Source of the DNA: Mytilus edulis
Lineage: Eukaryota
Direction of reading: 5' to 3'
Length of the DNA stretch: 64,000 bases
Assembly (NCBI RefSeq): GCF_963676685.1
Contig: NC_092354.1
Span: forward strand, 75,392,001 to 75,456,000
Shown: piece after piece, positions 38,899-49,100 of the stretch
How positions within the stretch are numbered: position 1 is the first letter of the stretch
Layout: each line of letters begins with the position of its first letter
Program-made: the position numbers and the translations under genes
The notes under the pieces: generated by a model
Database searches by the model: none
What the model saw: only the letters and a program-made list of their open reading frames with translations
What the model was told of the DNA's origin: nothing

Positions 38899-40241
38899 AT
38901 GTCACCCATCAACACCATGTTTATATTCATCATCATTTGTTTCACAATGTCAGCTGTTTCATGCTCGCATGAATTGAGAGATGTATGCACAGTGGAGGGG
39001 GATACTCTCCATTGCAGATGGACTGGAGCAGGGCTCTACAACACCAGAATCCGACTAGATGTAAAGAAAGTCGTATTCGAAAGATTTTTTGTTGCCGGAC
39101 AATTGGACCTTGCAAATAATAGAGACCTGCATTCAATTGAGATCAAACAAGGAAATTCTAAATGCAGCAATGTTTTAGCAGCACCAGAAACAATAACAAT
39201 TGTTAATGGTATACATTGTGATGTAAGTATATAGGAAATTAGAAAAGAATAACAGAATAATAAGAGCTTTAAAGTAATCACGTAGTATTGTCTCTATATG
39301 TAAAGTGACTAGAAACAACCTAAACTATGAGCAGATCTTATATATTATTTATTAATTTTATTGTGTAAAACATTTCTTACATTATGTATATTTTTTTTTT
39401 TACAGAATGGAGTCATAGCTTCTACAACAACAACAGCAGCAACAAGAGTAACACCAGGATCCACATTGTCAATCGGCACCACTGATAAACAACTGGTAAG
39501 CATTTATCTGATATTTTTTTAATTAAAACGTCCGTTTTGTTTTCTATTTTTATTAGGAAATACATGTACATGAACGAGTCAATTTGTATTCTCTATAGTA
39601 TAGTGCTTAAAAACAAATTAAAATGTGAAGGATAAGATTTTTTAATATCAACATTTTCATGAAATACATGATTTTATTTCTTTATTTCAGAAGTCAACAC
39701 CACATGCACAGGAGGAAGACAAGGGTCTAGATAATATTAAGATCATTCTTATAATGATTTTTGGTAAGTATCTAAATTTAATTTATTTATTTGATTGACA
39801 AACAATATAAAAATAAAATAAATAAATAAAATAAAAATATATACATGTTCTAATAAAAACACTTATTTATAAATAAGAAAAAGATGCGGTATGAGTGCCA
39901 ATGTATTATAGATCAAAGTATGACCTTCAACACAGAGCAAAAGCTCACACCAAACAGTAAGCTATAAAGACAATTCAAACAGAAAAACCAATGGTCTAAT
40001 CTATTTATATATATCAATATATTTTATAATTTTTAAAGTAAGTGACATATTCAAATTTATCTTTACAGCATCTCTAGCATGTGTTATGCTCTTGTCGCTG
40101 ATGTTATTTTGCATCTGCAAAAAGAAGAGAACTGCAAAAACCAATTTCCGCCAACACCAATTCTCCTTCAATGTCGATGCAGATTCACTATCCGAAATAG
40201 AAATTGCAGATTTTGTTAATACACCAAAAAAAACTGTTTAA
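38899..40241 (+). CDS. Spliced type I membrane protein, 219 aa; exons 38899-39222, 39406-39495, 39691-39763, 40069-40241
   Basis: Donors GTAAGT/GTAAGC/GTAAGT; acceptors tttttacag, tttcag, tttacag; phases 0,0,1 keep one open frame. Product: signal peptide, 4-Cys ectodomain, Thr-rich stalk (STTTTAATRVTPGST), TM IILIMIFASLACVMLLSLMLFCIC, stop-transfer KKKR and an acidic tail. Confidence 0.8.
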
Positions 40242-41559
40242 GTTAATATCTATCTCTGTATTTACTACTTTTTAATTTGTAGAATATATCCTCATCGCAA
40301 TTTATGAAAGGCTTCAAGAAATTATAAATTATTTTTTTCCACCACGTGAAAATAACAGACGAGTAGCCCCAGCACAACAACAACCACCAAGAATATTGAG
40401 AAGATCAAACAGGATATCTATTCGGCCACAGAGACTAACCTATGATTAATTTTCTAAACTTTTAAATTTTATGAAATTTTTTAAATTTTTTTTCTAAATT
40501 TTATATTTTTTTTATTTTTTTTTTTCTAAATTTTATAATCTTTTTTCTAAATTTTATAAACTTATTTATACACTGTTATCTAAATTTTAATAATCACTGA
40601 TGAGGATGTATTCTACAAATCTACTTATATTATGAAAAATTATATCACCAAAACTTTTCAATTTTCTTTCATTTGATTTATTTGGATTAGTTACACTTTA
40701 TTTTAATTAAAGAAAAGATTTTGATTATACTCGCATTTCTCTACTCTCATTTTATTATATTGTAAATAGTAGTATACATGTAGTTTGTTTTTATAAATTC
40801 ACCTTAGTTTATATGTTTCATGCTCATTCAAACCATAAATTTCATTATAAATCTATTCTTTTCATTAAATAATCTACTTTCTCTGGTATTAAAGTTCATT
40901 ATTAATCTATTCCTTTCATTAAATTATTCTTTTTAGTTTTCCATTTACATATGTTTAGTTTTGTAATAGAAATAAATTAAATTAAAAAACAAATATGATT
41001 GGTATTATTGTATATATGTAAATAATATATATATGTATATAATGTTTGGAGAACTTTTTGTTTTTATGTTTACTTTATCATCATTTTCATCTTTGGAATT
41101 TTTTCATATGAGAATTTACAGCATCCAAATTTAATTACAACATATTATCGCATATTTTATCATATTGTGTTTGCTTAAACTTTTTTTCTTTTGTTTTTAT
41201 TACTTTTTATAGTGCTATATGATTAAGTTAAACCTAGAGATAAATATATAAAAATTCTTGATTTGTAACCGCTGTCATGGTGCTTTCTATAACATGTTTT
41301 ATGTGAAAAAAAATGGTGCATTACAAATGATGTAAGTTTTTTATAACCAAATTTCATTTGATAGTTCTCTTGTTTATATTATTTACAATTGTTATATAAA
41401 TAGTGCAGAAAACTTGATTTGTTTTGAAACTTACTATGTTGTTTCATGGAATAAAGTATTTGTATTTGATATGTGTTAATAAATTAGACTTTTCTTAAAC
41501 TTTTCCCACTGCATTGCTACCCCAATCAATGTGGATGATTACCAGTTGACACCATTTGT

Positions 41560-42420
41560 ATATCATCTAGAAATTTGCAAACAAAAACTTTGCTTAATTA
41601 ATTTTTATCTACTTTAAATTTATTAATTATAAAAGAAATATGGTTTAATTGCTGATGAGACAACTCTTCAAAGAGGTCAAACCACAAGCTTCAATCTCAA
41701 ATCTTGTCAAGAAAATGAAATATTTACACAGGAAAAAAGAAGCTAGCTGAAAAAAAAGTCATGAACAAAACAAGATTCACCATTTACAATGATCCAAAGA
41801 AAAGAAAAGAGCATATCTAGAAATTTGCAAAACAAAAACTTTGCTTAAAACATTTTTATCAACTATTAATTATAAAAGATGGTAATCCACAAGCTTCAAT
41901 CTCAAATCTTATCAAATGAAATATTTACACATGGGAAAAATTAGCTAGCTGCAAAAAAGTCATGAGCAAAACAATTAACTACGATCCAAAGAAAAGAAAA
42001 GAAAAAAGTAGCATGTAGGGGGAAAAATAGAGAGAGAGAGAAAAAGGAGATATGATCCACCATTGAAAATATGATCCAAAGAAAAGATGATCCAAAGAAA
42101 AGAAAAAAGTCGCTTATGTTCTAACGAAGGAAAAAATAGAGAGAGAGAAAAAGGAGATAGGATTCACCATTGAAACTATGATCCAAAGAAAAGAAAAAAG
42201 GTGTTTTAACGATGAAAAAAATTAGAGCGAGAGAGAGAGAGAGAAAAAAAGGAGATAGTAATGAGATGTAAAAATAATCGTCAAAATCCAACTCGATTTA
42301 CCATTGAAAATATGATCCAAAGAAAAGAAAAGAAAATAGGTTTTGTTTTAATGAAGGAAAAATTATATATAGAGAGAAAAAATAGTAATGAGATGTAAAA
42401 AATAACCATCAAAATCCGGT
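41560..42420. repeat. Internal direct repeats in the Maverick non-coding region
   Basis: 41560-41810 is imperfectly repeated at 41812-42005. gatccaaagaaaaga occurs ~6 times, with (GA)n tracts. Confidence 0.75.
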
Positions 42421-42798
42421 TCGAACAAATCTATAATATATAATTGATCTTAAATAAAAACAATCAAAATTTATTGAGTAATGATCACTTTTCAAATTTG
42501 AAAGGTGATAAACACTTTATATTTAAACTGATGAACTAAGATTTAATGTAAACAGAAGGTGTATTATCCAAATACTGCCGCAATATTGGAGATCAATCTG
42601 ACATGAAAAATCGCGATCGGGACAGATCTACACTGAAATTACATATGAATTAATAAAATGGTGTAACATGGATAATGGAAGGTTGGCGAGCCTTTAGGAG
42701 TAAATAAGTGTTGGAAACTATTATTCATAATTTAATGAAACGGAAGCTTTATTCCTTTATTAACGCGGTACACTCAATTCTATCATAAAGCGATAAAA

Positions 42799-43741
42799 AT
42801 GATGAACCAGGTTGAGTACATGAGGGGATTTGGTGGAGAAGTAGAGCGGGCTGAGTTGAATTTTGGAAGAAAGAAGAACATTGCGGTTACACCGTACAAG
42901 GGATATGTTTATATCCACATAGGCAGTTTAACAAGTAGCAGAAGCATAACTCTTGGGACTGATGAGTTTAAAGAGCTATGCAATCTGAAGCCAGTTCTTT
43001 TAAAAGCTGAGGCAGAAATAAAAAAACAGGTTAGTGATTTCTAATATTTAGCAGTAAATATTTACATGAACATATAGCTAAATTATTATCGTTCAGCAGC
43101 AAATAGTTGAGCGTGATATATATTTTATTCTCTAAGAAATAGGAGCGATCTACAAAATTATTTTAAAGTAAGATATTGCGAGTGTTTAATAAAAGCACCA
43201 GCTGCAGATGTTTCACCTTATATGTTTTTTCGTAAATTTCACTACTGCTAGTAAGTACACATAATTTTCAAAGTTATTGAAAGCGAGTAAAAACTATATG
43301 ATAAACGTTCTAATTATCCTTCAACAGCAAATAATTGAACATAAATATATACTTTATAGGTTTAATATACAACAAACGTTTTAGTTAAAAGTAAGTTATT
43401 GATAGAGAGTATTTACAAGCGGCTTGCGTTCAGCTGCAGATATTTCACTTGTTTCTGGGTTGATTTCACCACTGTTAGTATTAATTTTCAAAGTTATTGA
43501 TAGCAAGTAAAAAATGTTTTGATAAACGTTCAGTTGCAGATATTTCAACATTTTTGTTTCTAGGTAAATTTCTCAACCGCTAATAAATACGAATTTCTTT
43601 CCCACAGCAAACGTTGATTTATATGATTTCTTACACGTTCAATTGTTTTTATTATATATTAATTTTTTTAGCTGCAAAAACCTAGCAGGAAAAAGAAGGT
43701 TATAGTTGTTGAAGAGGAAGAAGAAGAAGAAGAAGAAGAAG

Positions 43742-43773
<32 letters not shown>

Positions 43774-43918
43774 GAAGAAGAAGAAGTAAAAAAAGTTACT
43801 TTGAAAAGAAAGGTAAAACAACTTTTGTTTTTTTTTTCTATGTAAATCAAAATAAGTAGTTATAATTTTCAAGTTTATGAATTTAAAGTAATTATCCAAT
43901 TAAATGTACCATAAAAAG

Positions 43919-43951
<33 letters not shown>

Positions 43952-44184
43952 AAACATTGAAATAACTTTAAAATTTTAAGATGATTTTCTATATTATGAT
44001 ATTCTTATTTTAGAGAAAGGTGATTGCTATCAGCGATAGCGATGAGGAGGCGGGAGTGTCAGAGTCGGACGTCAGAAAGGTGATTGTTGCAGCAGAATCT
44101 GGCCCGTTCAAGGGGCTAAAGAAGAAAAAGAAAACAGCTGGAGCTGGATTCATACTTTCTGAAGCAGTTAAAGATGGCGAGTGA
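42799..44184 (+). CDS. Spliced PC4-like ssDNA-binding protein with poly-Glu tract and NLS, 180 aa; exons 42799-43029, 43672-43812, 44014-44184
   Basis: Exon 1 LNFGRKKNIAVTPYKGYVYIHI...SITLGTDEFKEL fits the PC4/Sub1 pattern. Both introns are phase 0 GT-AG (CAG|gttagt, AAG|gtaaaa). Exon 2 reads the GAA repeat as E20-V-E4; exon 3 has ISDSDEE and KKKKK. Confidence 0.75.
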
Positions 44185-45342
44185 AGATAACACCAGTAAG
44201 TGATCAAATTTTTATTCTGTTTCTAATATGTTCTTATATACAATAGTTAGGATAGAAATCATTTATAACTTAGCAACATTTTTCCAATCAAAGATTGATT
44301 TATCAATATGTGAAATACTCGCTTTAAGATAAAACCATTGCCTTTGATTTAAAGCGATCTCATTTCTAAGAGGATCATTTCTCAATAATACAAACAGTTC
44401 ACTATTCAATATACATGTATTTACAAAAATATCTTCAGATAAAGCAAAAGTGTCCATTTTATTACAAAATAAATCGTTTCCGCTACTGTTTCGTTTAACA
44501 TCATCAGATATGAATGGAGGATCATTTTCACTGTTTAATGGCCCATTTATTAATATAACTGCTAGAGTTATCGAACAGAATAACAATCCGACAATTTTCA
44601 TCTTTGCACCAAGCCAGTGCAGTTGTGGAAACTGGTCACTGATTTCAGCTGTATCCATATTGATAAAATTGTAATCATGCTCATCTGTCATTTTAAGTGA
44701 ATATTCTTCCACATTTGCACTACTCAATTCATCCTTTTCATTTATTTTAGAAATCTCCATTATGAAATCCAATTTCTTAATACAGGTGTCGCACTTTGTT
44801 CATTTGTTTTCATGCATGTATCTGTAGATTTATGATGTGAAAACTATTTTACTAGAGTTTATGTATCTTATTTATTTCTTTTAGCCAATCAGAACAGAAA
44901 AAGGACAATGGGAGAAGAAGTAGAAAAAAAGACACTGAGTGAAAAACGAAAGCGGTCAGCTCCACCTTCATTAAGAACTTTATCTGTTGCATGTATTTAT
45001 AATAAATTAACAACAAAATGTGATATTCAAATGAGAGATTTTTTTTGTAAAATTCCCTCACCAATTTTAATTATTTTTATGGATTATGCAGACTTTCAAT
45101 TTGTTTTAAATCCTGGATTTGCCGAATTAGATGTGTTTAATGCTGCCGAGGAAATTTTTGATCAAAGATATCAATTAAATAAAATGATAAGGGAATGCAG
45201 CCATTTCACATCTGAAGAGATATTCATTCATTTAAAGAACGTCCCAGGGTCTGTTTTAAATTCACTCGGACTTTCGTTCAATAGGGAGAACTTTTCCGAT
45301 ATTTTAAGGAAAATATTAAACATGCGATTTTCACGTGTTTAA
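44174..45342 (+). CDS. Spliced BC-box/SOCS-box-like protein, 159 aa; exons 44174-44195 and 44885-45342
   Basis: aaagATGG start, CCA|GTAAGT donor and tttcttttag acceptor join in phase 1 to the 44908-45342 ORF. The product has KRKR (NLS) followed by PPSLRTLSVACI...KIPSPIL. Confidence 0.65.
44263..44760 (-). CDS. Single-pass membrane protein with a C-terminal PC4-like domain (165 aa from ATG 44760), nested antisense in an intron
   Basis: Acidic N-terminus, TM IVGLLFCSITLAVILING, then FALSEDIFV...IALNQRQWFYLKASISHIDKSI, matching the PC4 C-terminal pattern (I.L...QW..LK..I..ID). Confidence 0.65.
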   Translation of the reverse strand: MEISKINEKDELSSANVEEYSLKMTDEHDYNFINMDTAEISDQFPQLHWLGAKMKIVGLLFCSITLAVILINGPLNSENDPPFISDDVKRNSSGNDLFCNKMDTFALSEDIFVNTCILNSELFVLLRNDPLRNEIALNQRQWFYLKASISHIDKSIFDWKNVAKL

Positions 45343-45850
45343 TTTACCAAAGAATATGTCTCATATATTTTAATCTAAAATTTAAGAAATTTATTTGTAA
45401 TATTTTCATCGTGTTTGAAGGTCTTTTTCCCCATTGCACAATGTATTTCACTGGTGCGTTTGAAGGTGTAATTCCCCATTTTCATAATTGTGTTTAATTT
45501 ACCAAAGAATATGTCTCTTATATTTTAATCTAAAATTTATTTGTAATATTTTCATCGTGTTTGAAGGTGTTATTCCCCATTGTCCAATGTATTTCACTGG
45601 TGTGTTTGAAGGTGTTATTCCCCATTTGAAGGTGTTATTCCCCATTGACATAATGTTTGAAGGTGTTATTCCCCATTGTTCTAATGTTTGAAGGTGCTAT
45701 TCCCCATTGTTCTAATGTTCGAAGGTGTTATTTCACATTGTCCTATGTTTGAAGGTGTTATTCCCCATTGTCCTATTGCCTTAATGTTTGAAGGTGTTAT
45801 TCCCCATTGTCCTATTGTCATTATGTTTGAAGTTTGTTTGAAGGTCCATT
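45332..45850. repeat. Tandem/direct repeats at the convergence point of the rightward and leftward Maverick genes
   Basis: tttgaaggtgttattccccatt occurs ~10 times; a ~155-bp block is duplicated (45335-45480 and 45492-45626). Confidence 0.85.
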
Positions 45851-46108
45851 TGGGTTTTAAAGTTATGTATTTTCATTGGGGTTTTTAAGTTAAAGTCGCC
45901 ATTTTACCATGCTACTCCCCATTGCCCTATGTATTTCACTTCCCCAGGTTGATAGCAAACGGATAAAACTTAAATATGTTGATATATTTTATTATAAAAT
46001 CATATATTTATTTACATGAAATAAAATATTATATAATTATTGTACAGTGTGTTTTCTTTTTCTTGAATTTATTACGGATATGGATTTTTTTTTCAATTTA
46101 CAATTGTA

Positions 46109-49100
46109 TTAATGTTTTTCTTTTAATTTTCTATGAAAATATGCTAGCGAATGCACATTATCATCCAGCAAGTGTCTCTTGTCATCATATGGTGATAGTC
46201 CACTTTTCACAACCTTCACCATGTGAATCTGATGGTTGAAACTTCTCAAAGTGTACATATGCGAGAGTAGTGGAGAACAATTGAACAAGGTGTTTTTATA
46301 TTGTTCGAATCTAACATTTCGGGTTTTAATACCCTTTGCTACTACAGTTTCCTTGTCGTCTGCGGTGATAAAACTATACATTTTTGCTCTTAGTCCGATA
46401 TATTCCACCATTTGAATGGACTTGCATTCATCTTTGAATAAACCAATAATCGATTTCCTGTCTTTGGTGTAAAGAGGGTGATCAGCTGGATAATTTGAAA
46501 AGTCATATAGCTCACTGTTTAACGACATGTCTCTATATATGTCATCAGTTCTCACATGCATAATGAAACTGTCAGTATCTGTGTAACATAATGTTACATT
46601 CTCCTTGTATAGTTTTTTCATGTGGTTGTAGTAGTAATCAACCATGTGCGCCTTTGACAGATCGAGAATCATTTGTCCTAGGTAAATTGGTTTGTTGAAG
46701 AAAATTTTTGTTTTGGTTTGTAGCACGCCGCACAAGTGGTCGTTGAATATCTTAAAGCTTTTAAATGATGATTTTGCAGTAAGTTTTTGAAACTTATCCC
46801 ACCTATGACAGAGAGAGAAGTTGATATGTTTCCGCAACGATTCCATTGATTTACCGAAAATAGCATTGTTGCCATTTTTAAAAAGTTTTTGCTCGAAATT
46901 GCTAGTAGCCTTTTTCCTCATTTCGGTATTGAAGTCAATATACTGTTTCAACCATGGACGCTGTTCAAATGAAACTATATTGTGAATCTTCTTCAAAACC
47001 AAACCTAGTTTGAGGTATAACTTTAGATTCACATAGTGCAAGATGTAATGCTTTTTATCTTTCAAAGTAGCTAGCAATTTGGTGCTCGGTTGGTATTCTT
47101 TCCCATCATCATTTGCTTGCTCATACAGATGACGTGAATGAGGTGAAAGCATTTCATTTGTTATCACTCCTTTTTCAACTGCAAGAGGAAAATCATTGTG
47201 AAGATCGTGTAAGTTATCTGGGTAATCCAAATCGCATTCAATGACATATCCGATGTCAGCGTTATTGGATACATTTAAGACATTGAAATCGTTTATTTCC
47301 TCTTCTGACAACCACTGGAATTTCCCCACAGCTAATGGCATGCTCATGCTTAAACCGTATAAATTGTTCGCATCTACATACATCAAGTATGAAGTTGGTA
47401 AAGCTGGATCATAATTGCTCAAGTAGGGATTGTTTGCTTTTGCATGTCTGCAGCTCACCATTGTTAAACCTCCTCGTATACTCTGCTCAAAGAAGAGCCA
47501 CATTGTAGGATCTGTCAATAGCTCAAGTCTCACACCAGTCATTTTCAATGCAGATTGCCAGGAAAGCCCTGGAAGAGTGTAATAATTTGCAGGGTCGAGG
47601 GAATAGTTCGTTATCCACTTCTTCCTGAAAGTTTCAAATACATCAGCTAATAATAGAACGTCAGTTTTTAGATAAAGATCGTGATATTCGCCTATATTCT
47701 TAATATTCATTTGATTCCATACCCGTTGCGCATGTTCATACTCGGTTTGACTAATTGTTTTCTCTGATAAATTGCTGTAGAATTTGTCTATAGAGGGTAA
47801 TTCAGTTTCATTGAACCTTGCTGCATTGTCAATGTATTCGTAAGGATATGTTCCTTTTTTCAACAAAAGAGCAATCCGCTTATCATCATCAAATTCTTTT
47901 GTAAAATGTTTAAATGTTTCTTTCGGATTCTCCTTAGACATTGACGATACCAATTCCTCTAGTGAACAATTCAAAAACTGGTATGAATCGATAAAGCGCA
48001 GATTGGATAGGTTGAAACTGATGTACTTTTCTGCATTCGTGGCTATGCAGCCAATTTCTTCACTCTTGAAAATACCTATCGAGGAACAGATTAAATGTGC
48101 ATCAAACTGTTTCAGGTTATGAAATATAACTGGCACGAATGTGTGTTCTTTAAAATTAAGATTGCAATCTCTGCATGAAGCGCCACGAAATTTACCTGAA
48201 ACATGTGCATGGTCTCGAACGCGGATAGTGGAATCTGTAAATTCTTCCATGCAAATGTGGCAATGTGTACTTGATTGAAAATCTTCCTCATCTTCAACAG
48301 TCATGCACAAGGGTTCAGGATTGTTCAAAATAGCCTTTATACGTTTATTTTCGTCAAGAAGACTATGAAGGAAGTGTTCACTAACATTTTCACCTCTATA
48401 TATTTTAGGTGGTTGAGTGTATCTGTCATCGATGCAAACAACTTGATAACCGTACCCGCATGGTATCAACTTTGTTAATTTCGTTGTGCTGGTTCGATTA
48501 TCTTCTGGCTCTTCAGTAACCATAGGTTCGCAAAATGTTTCCATGTCAGCATAAATAACAAATGATGTTTGTAACTGTTTGGCGTGATCTTGAAATGTTA
48601 GTATATCGTCTACCCCCTTGGTGGGATATGTCACATGTTGAGCTTCAAATTTTGAGCAGTATTTTATATGTTTCTCTAAAGTATGTTCACTGGTGAAACC
48701 TGATAAACAGAATCTGCAATACTTATGACTGCGTCCCAAGCATTTTGTTCGATATAAAAGTCTATTGAGATCTGTAATCAAACACCAGTGACTTTTATTC
48801 CCACTTTTCAAATACAATAAGTCAACTTCATGATGAGCTTCTCTTAGACCTGTTACATGGAGGGGGAAAAATTCACCCTCTTCAAATCCTAACACCATTA
48901 CTGAAATGTTATTCTGCCTTTCAAATTTACTCACAAATGATGGTGCAACGGGCAATTGTATACCTTCCATGTTCAATTCATGTTCATATGGGATGTAGTG
49001 ATGCACTTTAGAAGGGTCACCTGAACACGTAGGATGTATGGATGCTATAATAGCATATACAAAACATTTTTCATCTAAGTTTCTTATGTTGAGTAACGCT

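Noticed and set aside
40596-40625. Hammerhead ribozyme inside the Maverick (CTGATGAG)
   Set aside because: No GAAA box after a stem II and no convincing flanking helices.
43639-43899. Minus-strand poly-Phe and poly-Ser ORFs
   Set aside because: Shadow frames of the plus-strand poly-Glu exon.
45400-45850. CRISPR-like repeat-spacer array
   Set aside because: Spacers are short, variable and related to each other; eukaryotic context; no cas genes.
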